A stretch of DNA of 64,000 nt from Phoronis australis. Lineage: Eukaryota > Animalia > Phoronida. The position numbers were made by a program, and so were the translations under genes. This document shows positions 25,128-40,000 of the stretch, piece by piece. Below the pieces are notes generated by a model. It ran no database searches. It was given only the letters and a program-made list of their open reading frames with translations, and was not told where the DNA came from. The stretch covers positions 129,877 to 193,876 of the forward strand of contig NMRA01000121.1 in assembly GCA_002633005.1 (NCBI GenBank), in the 5' to 3' direction. The number at the start of each line of letters is the position of its first letter. Within the stretch, counting starts at the first letter, position 1.

Positions 25128-28100
25128 CACACACATTGAGACTTAGCAATATTAATGGCGGTTGAAATGATCGTTACAACATCAAGACAATGTGTCTCTT
25201 TCTGACAAAATAGGGGGTTTGGAATTAGATTTGTGATATAAATTGTATTACTTTTTATATGGGTTATAAAAGCTGGATCGTAGTTCCTAAAATTGGGCAA
25301 GAATATTCCACCGCTCTTTTTTTCGGGAATTACGATGTGCTCTCTGCAGCCTCGTCCCCAAGCCTTAAGACGGCGCTGCTCACACTTTTGGCTCTGTCGT
25401 AGACCACGGCACGACAGACGGTAGAGAACTTTCAAAAAAAATGCTGGCGGGTTTTGGGAAAATATTAACATCTTGGGATTTATAATTCATTCAAAACTTT
25501 CAATGAAAAAATACTTTGACTGGTGTTGATATTTTGTACTGAAATGGATAATAATCAGAATATTGAAGGTTCTACAAGGGTAGGTCAATTAGGATACCAG
25601 TACCAAGTTTGTTTACACTGCACAACTGATAAATTTTACTCAGGCAGTCAGGGTGATGACACGCATGACTGATGGAGGAAGTGTAAATGTGGTCTGTACA
25701 GACAAATCGGTGCTTAGCATTCATAGTCAAGAAATGTGAATTAAAGAAAATTGTGGTTGGGCTCCTTTCCCAATCGGAGTGCATCTTTCTACTGTCGCTC
25801 ACTTTTTGTTTACGTTGCTGTCCTGTATTTATACAGTGTGAATAACATACTAATTAAGTCTAGGGTGTACATGTAGTTACATACATGTCGCCATTTTTAC
25901 TCTCACAGTAGCAAACCATGACAGACGAAAACGAGGCAAAATATTGTCAAGTGTCGAGTTGCATGGGCCACAAACCCGGCTATTTGAAGCTTTCAGTAAC
26001 TTTGAGTGTTGTTATACTCCTTGATAACNNGAACAGAAGATTTATATATTTTGTCATTCCAATACAGTCTTCAAATTCTCCCCCTCGTAATATATTATGT
26101 GTGCCTGAGCTCTAGAAAGTTGACTCGCTGCTATTTGAAATCGGTTTCAAACGCCCAAATTTTAAGGCTGATATGAATAATCAGATTTTCAATGAAATTT
26201 CATGACTTGTGTACTATCTAAAGGAGATTGCAGTGCTTAAAATCACCAATTTTATATCAAAAACACCTAAAGACAATTAAATCCCACCAGTCGATTAGCT
26301 GTAAAATTGGAACACCCGCAAACACTATCTGACGATACGTCAATTAATTGATCTCCATGTAACAAGAATTTAATATTTGTTGAAAGATGCTGAATATAGT
26401 CAAGACCACCAATCATACCTCTCCAAGCCCCCAGGTGGTGCACCGCCCATAGGCGATGGGCACCACAGCACTGAAAAAAGTGGGAGTGTCTACTGCCCCC
26501 CCCCCCCTCCAGCCTCATATGGTGCACCGCCCATGGTTTCGAAAAGTCGTCAGATACTTCTGCTCGCGGACATGGCACACTGGTTGTGGGTACGTTCATA
26601 CGTCACAACCATGTCCGTGGAGCTATGACACTTTTCTTTATTCCTCGTTTTTGAGAAATTAAATTTACAGTCGTTACATTTGTAGTATTATAAAGGAAGG
26701 TTTGGTGATTCTAACAATATGTAGTGGCTTGTCAAAACCATTTCCCTAGTGGTAAAATTAGAGGTAAGTAGGTGCAAAAAGCCTACCGTATCGCCTTGAG
26801 CACTGAACGTAACTTACGTTCAAATGCCAAAAGGTGGTTGACTGCGCCTACGTGCGCCTGCGCCCCACTACAGCACTGGTCAAAACAAGGTAAATGGTGG
26901 TTTTAAGCACTTTAAGCTTTTGTTATTATAAGCAATTTTTCTGAATTAAGGTTTCGAGACTGTGTAGCGGGAGACTCGGAAATTACTTTTTGGCTTTAAA
27001 CATGATATCCTACATCAAAGGAACGGTGTCGTTGACTCGCATGCTACGTTCAAAAGTTGTGTCAAAGTTTGACTCATTTTTTTGATTGGGTAGGCTATCT
27101 TGTATGTCAGCGGGATATGTTACGAACTATGTTTGTGAATAATTTTCACAAAAATTCTTAAGGAAAATTTAGCGAAACAAGCTTTAGCTACTTTCTGTGC
27201 GATTCAAGAGTTTTCGCCACAGTTTAGTAACGCAGATTTACTTTATTGAGTAATTAATATGCTTCGAGTAACAATTCACGTTGGGCTCAGTTGCATTTCC
27301 GGCAGCGCCGACAACATGGCGACTTTTGCTGGACTGAAAGGCATGTTCTATAGTGGCTGCATGCCATCAGGTTAGATTTAGCTAAGATAACCGTGCTCTA
27401 CAAAAAGCAGTTTTGGTTTCCGTGCTAAAACTACATGGAATATTATATTTATTTCAATATGAATTGTCCATTCAATCAATCTTGCATTGTGTTGAAAATT
27501 TAGTTAGTTGAAATCGTTTGTTGTTTGAAAATCAATTTGTCTTGTGTCACAATATGACACATATTTTTTATTTCATTTACAAATCATGGTTTTAATCATA
27601 GTTTGTAATTTATTACTTTCTTGTTCAGGTTACATCAAATCGACAAAACTTGAAGAGTCGATTTTCAGCAACAGGATACACAAGTTAGATATATGGTGGG
27701 ACAGCACAGGTTAGAGTAATTCGAAAACATGCATGTACCACTGTTTCCTGGATATAAACTATTTGACCAAATTTACGAAATTTTATTTTTTATTTTCTTT
27801 TTCACACAGAAAACTGATAAGGAAATATTGTCTGAAATCACCAGCATCCCGCAAACTAGCCCTCAAAGCACCTCAAAAATGACTAAACACAAAAATAGGC
27901 ATAGTTTAGCGCATTTTGGCGCTCCAGTTAAGGTTAACGGAAACCCTTTTGAAAATCCAAAGGCTGTCTTTTGATAGAGAGACTCAGTTTTTGCAAAACA
28001 TTATAAAACATTTTTTCTCTACCTTTCATTTGAACCGTTTTAAAACTACTTCACTTGCTGAACATATTTCAACCAAAGATGAACTATTTTGGGCCAAAAT

Positions 28101-30949
28101 ATTAATAATATTACAACTTAAAAATACTGACCTGGATAATTTTAAATAAACATTGCAAAAAATTATCAGTTAAAGCGCAGAGCAGATTTATCACCGACGG
28201 TGAGTCCTCGTCAAACACTTTTTTCGAAAGTCTCAGTCACACTTGAAATACTTCACGATTTGAATGAACTTCTTTGTCCACCGTTTTCTTTCCTTGTCCA
28301 ACGTAACCCTTTTGTTGCTACTGCCCCACCCCCCCGGATCAATTACTACCNNNGCAACTCCATCAAAAAGAACGTGATCATGTGGTACGCATGCTGGGAA
28401 CCTAATTCCCTAGTTGGTTTGCGCTTAGGGCACTTCACAACAGGTAGCTATGGTCTAACAAATTACTGCCCATTGATTGCATCTAATAGAACAACGGGGA
28501 GTGAGTACGCTAAGTCTCTTGTCACGTGACGTTTGTATTTCCCGCCAATGAGATTCAACTGAATATTGCTATTCAAACCAGAAAACCAGTGCAACTGAGT
28601 CAAGAGAGACGTTGGATCGCTACTGTTATATACGGAACCTTATTACTAATACGAGATCTATATATTGTGTGGAGTGCCCCAACAAGTGAGCCGCCGTGCA
28701 TGGTATTACACCTTCTGTGGATCCATCACCCAGTAAGTACTATATTCTTGTATAACATGAGTTGAGTCGGCGTTAATTTTATGAAAACGGTTGTCAGGAA
28801 AACTCTGATGATTGACTAGAAAAAACACGATGCTGCCCTTAAGCTTGTCAGGTCGCTGCTTCTTGGAAAGGGGGTGTTTTGGGGTGTGACCCTCAACAAT
28901 TGTCCATTTAGATGAGAAAAAAGTTGGGCAATGATGGAAAAAGCCAAGGAAAGAGTTCAATCAAGTGAGAGTTTTGAAACGTGTGATTGCACGTGGATTT
29001 TGTATGTGTTCGTGATAAATTTACCTTTCTCTTTAATTCTGGTTTTTCTTACCATTATTAACTCGTTCGGCAACAATTCAAGATCGGATGAGCCCATATG
29101 TTTTTAAACCCCACCCGCAATTCATCATTGACACTGAGCTAAACAATGGGACTAGCTTTAAGATGCAACTTTGTTAGTTATCGCTGTGTAGTTGAAGCGA
29201 TAGTTTTCTTTCAAAATATACACTTGAGTTCTTGAAAAATGGCATTTCTTGATACTGGAAATGATTTCAATTTCTTTCATTCAGTAAGTATATCTTGGAT
29301 TAGCCAACTGTCGTCAAAGAACGTGCAACAAACATCCTCATGAACTTTCATTCTACTTAAGCACAATGTTATTACACTGTTGATTAACCTTAAAAGGTTA
29401 CGTTGCTTTTATGAAGGAACTTTTGTGAAATTTGGAGTATTTTTCTTATCTGAAATGTACTTTCAACCCGTTTAATCGCTTTTAGTAAAAAAGACATTAA
29501 GACTCTTCAATTAGGCCAGACTAGACAGCCCAATAAAGGGTTTCATCACAGGCAAACCGTGAACCACCACAATGGTTTTCATGTGTTTGTTTTTGCCGCC
29601 ATAATGGAAACCATCGTGGAATTTTATTGAAAATCATGTTTAGAATACTAACTGTTATCGCTGGAGATACAGCATTCTAAAGGTTTAAATGGTCCTCTAT
29701 GACTAAAGTGTAAACAAAATATAAAGATTGTTGATCTCCATTCGTGCTAAAAGTTCTCGAGTCCGAAATATATGAAAGATAAAGGCAAAAATGCAAAAAA
29801 TTGACGTCCAGCTCAAACCTTTTTGTAGAGGAACGATAAAAACAAGAATTAATTCAACGAAGTAAAGTCGCTGATAGCAGATTTCCGTTATGATTTCCAA
29901 CACGGCGAAAAAAGTCACCCAGGACAAAATCGTGAACAGACAAAAATGTTTAAATACATCATGTCACGACGACAATTTATCATTTTTAGTTAAAGTCTAT
30001 TAACCATCGTGTGCCATATTTTTGCAATGAAATGCTGCCCGGCGGTAAAATCTCAATGATCATGCCGTGGACACCATTTACTTTCAGTGAAACATGATCA
30101 GCAACCCTGAACATCTCCAAATTTCCGTTTTTGGAACCAATTGCTGTTTTCATAGTTTCCTCTGCCTAATGTTTCACTTTTCGCATTATTTTACTGCTCT
30201 ATGACATATTTCAAGTTGTTTGCAAAGCGCACAGTAATTCGCCTAGTAAAGAGCACAAATTGCTGATGAAACAGTAGCTAACTCAAACGTTCAGTAATCA
30301 TTGAGTCTTCTTGATTTTTTTCGGAATCTTGCATCACCCTAACGATATCCTTGGAGCCGCTGTCGTGTCCAATAATGCATCCTGTCCAATAATGCATCCA
30401 GAGCTGGTTTGCGTGGTCTGCGCATGCGCTAGTTTTTCGACTTCCGGTTTTTGCGCAATAATGCATCCAAGCAGTCCGCTGGGTATTCGACTTATTATAA
30501 AAGCATCATTTGTGCCTCTTATGTTGTTTATTTTGGAAAAAAGAGATAAAGGGAAATGTCACTGATGTGTGTGAGTATCTTTCAAAGAGTGTTGAGCTTG
30601 AATTATTTCTAAATGTACAAATGTAGGAGATTTTGTTGGCTGGCACTGGCAGGGAAGCCTACGTGAGCTCGTCCTCGGGTTCTGATCGTCTCTAAAAGGC
30701 TCTAATACACTATATACTGCAAGGTATGACATCCGAGACTACGAATTCCACTGGTACTTCACTTCAGCCGTGAGCTGAGACCCTGACCACCGTCTCTAGC
30801 TGACAAGCGACGGTGTACCTCCTGAGAGTTATAGCCAGGACAGAATTTTGGCAAACTGTGCCTCACACTGACTAAAGGCAAACTTGCAAAGCATCAAAAT
30901 GACGTTGTTGTAAATACCTTTCCAGGTTTTTGGGCATAGTGGGACACCT

Positions 30950-31559
30950 TAACCACTTTCAGGTGCTTTATAAGATGGGTGGACGCAATATTGTGCAATG
31001 ACACACCTGTCTTCCACAGCCACTTCTGACTGCTTTATTCGATAGGTGGATGCACTATTGTGCAACAACACCTCTGTCCGATAATGCATCCACAGCCATT
31101 TCTGACTGCTTTATGCGATAGATGGATGCACTATTGTGCAATAACACCTCTGTCCAATAATGCATCCACAGCCACTTCTGGCTGCTTTATCCGATAGATG
31201 GATGCACTATTGTGCAATAACACTTCTGTCCAATAATGCATCTACAGCCACTTCCGGCTGCTTTATCCGATAGATGGATGCACTATTGTGCAATAACGCC
31301 TCTGCCCAATAATGCATCCACAGCCATTTCTGACTGCTTTATCAGATGGACGGATGCACTATTGTGCAATAACACCTCTGTCCAATAATGCATCCACTGC
31401 CACTTCCGGCTGCTTTATCAGATGGACGAATGTACTATTGTGCAATACCATCTCTGTCCAATAATGCATCCATAGCTACTTCTGACTGCTTTATCAAATG
31501 GACGGATGCACTATTGTGCAATAACACCTCTGTCCAATAATGCATCCACATCCATTTCT
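30950..31559. repeat. 76-bp satellite, at least 8 units, running into an N gap; each unit contains a 17-bp-stem hairpin
   Basis: Unit cacagccacttctgactgctttatccgatagatGGATGCACTATTGTGCAataacacctcTGTCCAATAATGCATCc; period 31091 to 31167 = 76. Confidence 0.92.
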
Positions 31560-31639
31560 NNNNNNNNNNNNNNNNNNNNNNNNNNNNNNNNNNNNNNNNN
31601 NNNNNNNNNNNNNNNNNNNNNNNNNNNNNNNNNNNNNNN

Positions 31640-32170
31640 TAGTTGATATGTGTATGGATGATGGTTGTCTTCGATGCATGGACATTTCTCGATATGGGGA
31701 AGATCGACATTTGGATAGTTGACGTCAATTCTTGAATGAATGGACGTTCCGCGATATGTGGATGTCGGTATGCGAACAGTTGATGGTAATCTTGGGTATG
31801 GGATGTTTCACTATGTGTGGATGGTTGGCATGCATACAGCAGTTGACCATCCTTGATGCTAGGATGCTTCTTGGTGTTTGGAAGATCGGCATGTGAACAG
31901 TTGTTGGCAGCCATTGTTGTGCAAACAGTTGGTTTGTGGACAGAAGATCACGATCCTTGATGCTTGGATGGTCCTTGATATGTGAACGATCGGTATGTAG
32001 GTGTTAGATGGTGAGCCTTGATGCATGGATCTTCCTCGATGTGTGAATGGTTGACATGCGAAGAGTTGACATCAGGTGTCGATGTGCGAACAGTCCTTAT
32101 TTGAAGATTATATGGAAGGCTTTGATGTATGGACACTCTTTGGTGCCTGCACAGTTGATAAAGGGATTGC
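31640..32170. repeat. Degenerate tandem repeat (~55-60-bp units) in the outer palindrome arm
   Basis: Recurring ccttgatgc.tggat..t.ct.gat.tg and gg.atg.gaacagttg motifs. Confidence 0.5.
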
Positions 32171-34039
32171 ATAATACACACCAAAGGGATCAGATGATTG
32201 ATCGAGAATTCACCAATAAGATGGCCGAATTAGCTCTCAGTGATCAAGATTTCCTGCTGATTCAGTCTCAGTACTTCTGCTGTATACGTCGTTAACTGTT
32301 CACATACGTCGTTAACTATGTTCACATGCTGAACATCTATGCGTCGAGAAATATGCGCGCCGTTGTTTGTGCATTGATGGTTGTGCACTCGAGGAGTTCA
32401 GGGATACCAATGCCTAGTTTCAGCCATTAACTCTAGCAAAGACTGAGGAGGATGGGATGGGGGATGGCTATATCTACCATCAGCAACCCGACTTCCAGCA
32501 TCAGCGCCTATGAGTGACATGTATCGATGGACAAGGTAATATGAATGTGTGTGGGCATGTTTAGGATGAGTGGGGCTATGTGCTGAGACATGAATATGAT
32601 GATGACATGATTTTTTTGCATGAGAATGGGGGAAATGGGGATGTGGAGCAGTAAAGTGTGAATTATGAGGAGAATGTCTCTCAGGTGTCCCTGGATTAGT
32701 AATAACATGGGAAATAACAGGGAGTATTGGGACTTGTTCACCGGATAAAGTCCTCCCCATGAAAAGGGTGAAGTTTTCCTCTCGAGTTTCTCACGACAGA
32801 ATGCCAATCAAGTTAAACGAGTAAAGTCTTCCCCCATGAAAAGTGGAATCTTTTTCTTTGAGTTTTCTCAACAGAGGATATTATTCGAGTAGAGATTATC
32901 GTCATTGCTACTGAACTGAACAAACAACGGGGCATTACAGTCAGACTTGCTAACTGGGTTTAGTCTTGCCTGGTGGGCTGATGACAATTCTTTTAGTGTC
33001 GTTGGTTAATGAATTCGTAACGTGTGACGAATTAATGGTGAAATGGTATGAAACTGACGAATCCATGAAATGCTATGACTAATTGAAACCATTGAGTGAC
33101 GAAGTTAAATCAAAAAATAAGTTACCCGAAACATGCGAAAGTTAAAGAAGCAATAAAATACGAGTTAATGGCAAAAGCCTGAAAATGAAACGAAATTATG
33201 AAATATGGAAAACTCGTGAACTGATGAAATGATAAACTTTAATGAATGCGTACAATATCAAGTGGACTTCAGGTTGTGATGGAGCACAACAAACTTCTAA
33301 AATGAGACGGTAACACATTGTGGCACCCGTATGCTGGAAAAACCAATTGAAAAAAGCATGACCCCGTAAAGTCTTACATCTAAACAAACTGGTTCAGAGT
33401 AATGAATAAAATGAGAGAAATAATTGAATCCAAAGAGTGTGAGAATTTATGAATGAGCGAAATATCAATCAGTTAAATGCAATACAAAGAAACCTGAGGT
33501 GGCCCAAATTGAACACAACCGATGAATCCGTACAATGCTATGATTAAGTGAAGCCGTTGAGTGCGATGAAAGAAAATGATTGTGAAAAATAAACGAATCA
33601 AGGAAATACCAAGGCATATTCACGCTAGGTATTGACTGGACTGTTGCAAGATTAAAGGTAAATTCTTCACCATCAATATGGGGAATTTTTCTGTCAAAAT
33701 CCTGTTTCGAGGAGGTGAATACAAAGACGGTGGGCTGATGACAATTCTCTTAATGCAACGCTTAATGAATTTGTAACACATGGCGAATTAATGGTGAAAT
33801 TGTATGAAACCATTAAATGCTATGAGTAATTGAAATTGTTGAGTGGTGAAGCTAAATGCGAAAAATAATCGAAAATGTGAAAATGAACCAATAAGATATG
33901 AGTGAATATTAAAAAATATAGTATACATCAAATGAAATATCAAATGAAAAAATGTAATGGACAAATGGAATAGGGGACGTTAATTAATGCGTAAAATGTC
34001 ATAAAACTTATCAGATATGACAAAGCAAAATGAATGGTT

Positions 34040-37000
34040 ATCAGAATGCTCTTAACATTCCAAAAGAATGCACGGAGATTTGAATGGCTGAATGCTTCAC
34101 GGATTGAAGAAATAGTGCATAAACTTAATGGAGTCTTGTGAAATGTGGCAATAATATGTGAGGAATTGGTGTATCTCCAAAATATCACAAATCAACGATA
34201 AAACCAGTATAGCATGGTAGAACCTGCAAAATAAACAAAGGTGTTGAGTGCAGGGAAGTATAATGCTAAAAATAAATGTAACTATAAAATGCGAAAACCA
34301 AATGGCCCATGAAGTATCAAGGTGTGTTAATGTCGGGGTAAAGTCCTACAGAGTTGCTGGTCAAACGTGTCTTGCCAATGCAAAACGTTGATGGAAATAG
34401 GGACAACTGATTGCACCCATCAAATGCACTGAGTTGAGTTCTAAAAAAATTTGGGAATGAACAAGTTTATGAAAAGTATTGAATAAATACAGCTGGAATA
34501 TGTTACAAAGAAAGAAAACCTACTAATTGAAAGTGTGTTAAATATGACAATTCGTTCAACAAGTGAAAAAGGAAGGTAGGGGTGGTGAATGAGCATGAGA
34601 CTACGAATTGAATTGCTAGCTGACTTTGAATTCAGCCCAAGGGAACATGTTGATCAAACATGGCAATCAAAACCATAGCTTTCTTTACAACTACAGTATT
34701 CATTAAAATAACTTCCGGACCCAGTTTTCGCTAAATCTGAAGTTCATTCACCATCCTGAGGCAAAGGGCAACGCAGCATTTTTTCTTTCTTTTTTTAATG
34801 CCCATCATTCACTGGTGGGAGAAGTGGTCTGCTAGCATTTAGTTGGGATTACAGATATTTTATGCTGCATCTAGTGGTGGTTCCTTTTTCACAAATTCTA
34901 AAATGGAATTCATTGTTATCACGGAAAACGTTGTCTCCAATATGTGATAAAAGAAACTTGTATCCAACACCGTTGTATAACATGATGAAACAACAAAATA
35001 GGTGACTCATTTTGTGTACACCACCGCTTATCAGAGTGATTTTAATTCCCCCAAAGATTGTTACAGTAGTCAGAAATCAGTAATGCATCACAAATTGAAC
35101 AAATGAGTGCATTCAATTAGTGGAGTCCATTAAAATGGGACAAATGAATTAATCTGTAAAACATTGTTAAATGAACATCAAAATAAAAGACCTGTAAAAT
35201 ACTAAACATAAATGAACTCAAGAAATTGGACAGATTAACTATCTGTGGTAATCTGGTGAGTCAAGTAGGGTTTACTGGAATTATTTTGTGCTACATCAAG
35301 TGGTGATTCCTTTCTAAAGAAATTGTCAAATTATGGAATTCTTATTTATCACTGATCACTGGCATGTAATATTGTGTGTTGCATATGTAAGAAAAACAAC
35401 TAGTGCTTCTTTGTTGAATTGTGCCAGACACCATTGTATAACAGAGTGGTAAAACAAAATAGGGGCTTCACCAATTCTTGCCAAAGTGATATTACAGTTA
35501 CCATATGTCTCCCAAAGAATATAGTCATTGTGAGTTTTGAATGGGGTAATGGATTATGAGTTGAACTAAACATTGGGCCAAGTTAATGGAGTCATGTGTA
35601 ATGCGATAATTGAGTCAATTATGTAAAGTGTCATCATATATACGGAGAAAAAATGACCTGTAAATTATAAACCTAAATTATCTCACAGAATTTAATGAAT
35701 CTGCAATGGCATCGGAAAAGAAACATTCACCAAAATAATGTATTTATTGATGAAAGTGGAAATGGAGAATGTTATAATTGAAGTCATGAGATGTGCTGAA
35801 TTGACAAACCATTAAAAGGTGAGAAATAATTGGTTTGTGAAAAGTAAGGAATTTAGAATTCGTAGAGCAGAACAAATTAATGGTACAACGATGTCTGCTG
35901 AATTAATAATCACCTAAAAATACCACAATCAATATGCCGGTATAGCATGTTGACAGAATCTGTAAAATTAACTATCGTATAGAGTTTGAGGATTCAGAAG
36001 CAAAATGCTAAATATTAGTGAACCTAGAAAAGCAAAAAAGCAATGGACCCACGAAATACGAGTTAGTCGCAACGTGGAACTCCTTCAAGAATCATCACAA
36101 ATGCCAAAGGTTAATGGAGATCATGTGTAAATTCTGAAAATTGAATGAGCTCATGAAATAGACTTTGAATGTACCCCAGGGTATCATCTAGCCTGAGCAT
36201 CACAAAGGGGCGATTTTACTTATGTACGCCATTGGTTATCAGAATGCTCTTAAACTTCCCAAAGAATGCACGGAGATTTGAATGGTAGAATGCTTCACAG
36301 ATTGAAGAAATTGTGCATAAACTTAATGGAGTCTTGTGAAGTGTGGCAATAATATGTGAGGAATTGATGTATCTCCAAAGTATCACAAATCAATAATAAA
36401 ATCAGAGTATAGCATGATAGAAAATGCAAAATAAACAAAGGTGTTGAGTGCAGGGAAGTATAATGCTAAAAATAAATGAAACAATAAAATGCGAAAACTA
36501 AATGGCCCTTGAAGTATCAAGATGAGTTAATGTCGGGGTAAAGTCTTACAGAGTTGCTGGTCAAACGTGTCTTGCCAATGCAAAACGTTGATGGAAATAG
36601 GGACAATTGATTGCACCCATCAAATGCGCTGAGTTGGATTCTTAAAATTTCGGGAATGAACAAGTTTATGAAAAGTATTGAATAAATACAGCTGGAATAT
36701 GTTAAAAAGAAAGGAAACCTACTAATTGAAAGTGTGTTAAATGTGACAATTTGTTTTAACAAGTGAAAAAGGAAGGTAGGGGTGGTGAATGAGCACGAGA
36801 CTACGAATTGAATTGTTAGCGAACTTTGAATTCAGCCCAAGGGAACATGTTGATCAAACATGGCAATCAAAACCATGGCTTTCTTTACAACTACAGTATT
36901 CATAAAAATAACTTCTGGACCCAGGTTTGGCTAAATCTGAAGTTCATTCACCATCCTGAGGCAAAGGGCAACGCAGCATTTTTTCTTTCTTTTTTAATGC

Positions 37001-40000
37001 CCATCATTTACTGGTGGGAGAAGTGGTCAGCTAGCATTTAGTTGGGATTACAGATATTTTATGCTGCATCTAGTGGTGGTTCCTTTTTTACAAATTCTAA
37101 AATTATGGAATTCATTGTTATCACGGAAAACGTTGTGTCTCCAATATGTGAGAAAAGAAACTTGTATCCAACACCATTGTATAACATGATGGAACAACAA
37201 AATGGGTGACTCATTTTGTGTACACCACCACTTATCAGAGTGATTTTAATTCCCCCAAAGATTGTAGTCAGAATTGAGTAATGCATCACAGATTGAACAA
37301 ATGAGCGCATTGAATTAGTGGAGTCCACTGAAATGGGACAAATGAATGAGTCTGTAAAATGTTGTTATTATTATGAACATCAAAATAAAAGACCTGTAAA
37401 CTACTAAACATAAGTGAACTCCAGAAATTGGACGGATTAACCATCTGTGGTAATCTGGTGTGCCAAGTAGGGTTTACTGGAATTATTTTGTGCTACATCA
37501 AGTGGTGGTTCCTTTCTAAACAAATTGTCAAATTATGGAATTTTTATTTATCACTGGCAAGTAATATTGTGAGTTCCATGTGTGAGAAAAATAACTTGTG
37601 CTTCTTTGTTGAGTTGTGCCAGACACCATTGTATAACAGGCTGGTAAAACAAAATAGGGACTTGACCAATGCTTGCCAAAGTGATATTACAGTTACCATA
37701 TGACTCCCAAACAATGTAGTCATTCTGAATTTTGAACGGGATAATTGATTATGAGTTGAACTAAACATTGGGCCAAGTTAATGGAGTCACGTGTAATGCG
37801 ATAATTGAGTCAATTATGTAAAGTGTCATCATATATACGGAGAAAAAATGACCAGTAAATTATAAACATAAATTATCTCACAGAATTTAATGAATCTGCA
37901 ATCGCATCGATAAAGAAACATTCACCAAAAGAATGTATTTATTGATGAAAGTGGAAATGGAGAATCTTATAATTGAAGTCATGAGATGTGGTGAATTGAC
38001 AAACCATTAAAAGGTGAGAAATAATTGGTTTGTGAAAAGTAAGGAATTTAGAATTCGTAGAGCAGAATAAATTAATGGTACAACGATGTCTGCCGAATTA
38101 ATAATCACCTAAAAATACCACAATCAATATGCCGGTATAGCATGTTGACAGAATCTGTAAAATTAACTATCGTATAGAGTTTGAGGATTCAGAAGCAAAG
38201 TGCGAAATATTAGTGAACCTAGAAAAAGCAAAAAAGCAATGGACCCACGAAATACGAGTTAGTCGCAACGTGGAACTCGTTCAAGAAACATCACAAATGC
38301 CAAAGGTTAATGGAGATCATGTGTAAATTCTGAAAATTGAATGAGCTCATGAAGTAGACTTTGAATGCACCCCAGGGTATCATGTAGCCTGAGCATCACA
38401 AAGGGGCGATTTGACTTATGTACACCATTGGTTATCAGAATGCTCTTAAACTTCCCAAAGAATGAACCGAGATTTGAACGGTAGAAGCTTCACGGATCAA
38501 AGAAATAGTGCATCAACTTAATGGAGTCTTGTGAAGTGTGGCAATAATATCTGAGGAATTTATGTATCTCCAAAATATCACAAATCAACAATAAAACCAG
38601 AGTATAGCATGATAGAGCCTGCAAAATAAACAAAGGTGTTGAGTGCGAAGTATAATGCTAAAAATAAGAAACTATAAAATGTGAAAAGCAAATGGCCCAT
38701 GAAGTATCATGATGAGTTTATGTTGGCGTGAAGTCCTACATAGTTGTTGGTCAAATTTGTCCCGCCAATGCAAAACGTTGATGGAAATAGTGACAACTGA
38801 TTGCACCCATCAAATGCGCTGAAGTGACTTCTAAAAATTTCGGGAATGAACATGTTTATGAAAAGTACTGAATGAATACAGTTGGAATATGTTACAAAGA
38901 AAGGAAACCTACTAATTGAAAGTGTTAAATATGACAATTAATTTGATTAACAAGTGAAAAAGGAAGGTAGGGGTGGTGAATGAGCACGAGAATACGAATT
39001 GAATTGCTAGCTAACTTTGAATTCAGCCCAAGGGAACATGTTGATCAAACATGGCAATCAAAACCATGGCTTTCTTTACAACTACAGTATTCATAAAATA
39101 ACTTCTGGACCCAGCTTTGGCTAAATCTGAAGTTCATTCACCATCCTGAGGCAAAGGGCAACGCAGCATTTTTTCTTTCTTTTTTAATGCCCATCATTCA
39201 CTGGTGGGAGAAGTGGTCTGCTAGCATTTAGTTGGGATTACAGATATTTTATGCTGCATCTAGTGGTGGTTCCTTTTTCACAAATTCTAAAATTATGGAA
39301 TTCATTGTAATCACGGAAAACGTTGTGTCTCCAATATGTGAGAAAAGAAACTTGTATCCAACACCATTGTATAACATGATGGAACAACAAAATGGGTGAC
39401 TCGTTTTGTGTACACCACCGCTTATTAGAGTGATTTTAATTCCCCCAAAGATTGTTAGAGTAGTCAGAATTGAGTAATGCATCACAAATTGAACAAATGA
39501 GCGCATTGAATTAGTGGAGTCCATTGAAATGGGACAAATGAATGAGTCTGTAAAATGTCATTAAATGAACATCAAGACTTGTAAAATACTCAACATAAGT
39601 GAACTCCAGAAACTTGAAGGATTAACTATCTGAAATGCTGCAAATAAAAGTAGTCTTGAATGCAACTGGTAAATCAATGATGAGCAACAAATTTATTGTA
39701 ATTTGTTGGGAGTAGTCTTGTGGCATTTAATTGGATTCATGCTGCATCAAGTGGTGCTTCATTTCTTTTAAAATGTAAAATTGTGGAGGTTATTGTTATC
39801 ACTGACAATTGATGAGTCTGGAGTATGTGAAGAAAGCAAGTTGTGTTTATTGTTTTTCAAACTGCAGTGTATAAAATGTTGGAGGAACACCCCGGATTCA
39901 CTTGACTTGTATAGGCACTGTTGATCAGAGTTGTCTTAATACCCTCAAGGAATGTTGTGAAATTTGAGTGGTAATGCTCTATGAATTTAACAAGAAAGTA

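Noticed and set aside
25875-25898. Alternative ENY2 first exon (AAAATGGCGACATGTAT|gtaact)
   Set aside because: The phase-compatible donor is weaker than ATGGCTGA|gtaagt at 25127-25120. It could still be an upstream TSS but cannot be supported.
28169-28841. Possible TTAA-flanked Kolobok-like MITE
   Set aside because: The terminal sequences match each other poorly and there is no second copy or empty site in the window
30950-31559. CRISPR-like array (palindromic repeat with regular spacing)
   Set aside because: The intervening sequences are near identical rather than unique spacers, the context is eukaryotic and there are no cas genes. It is a satellite.
32047-32295. 82-aa ORF conserved in both arms (also 63745-63993)
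   Set aside because: Conservation equals the background arm identity; it has a non-ATG start and no recognisable motif
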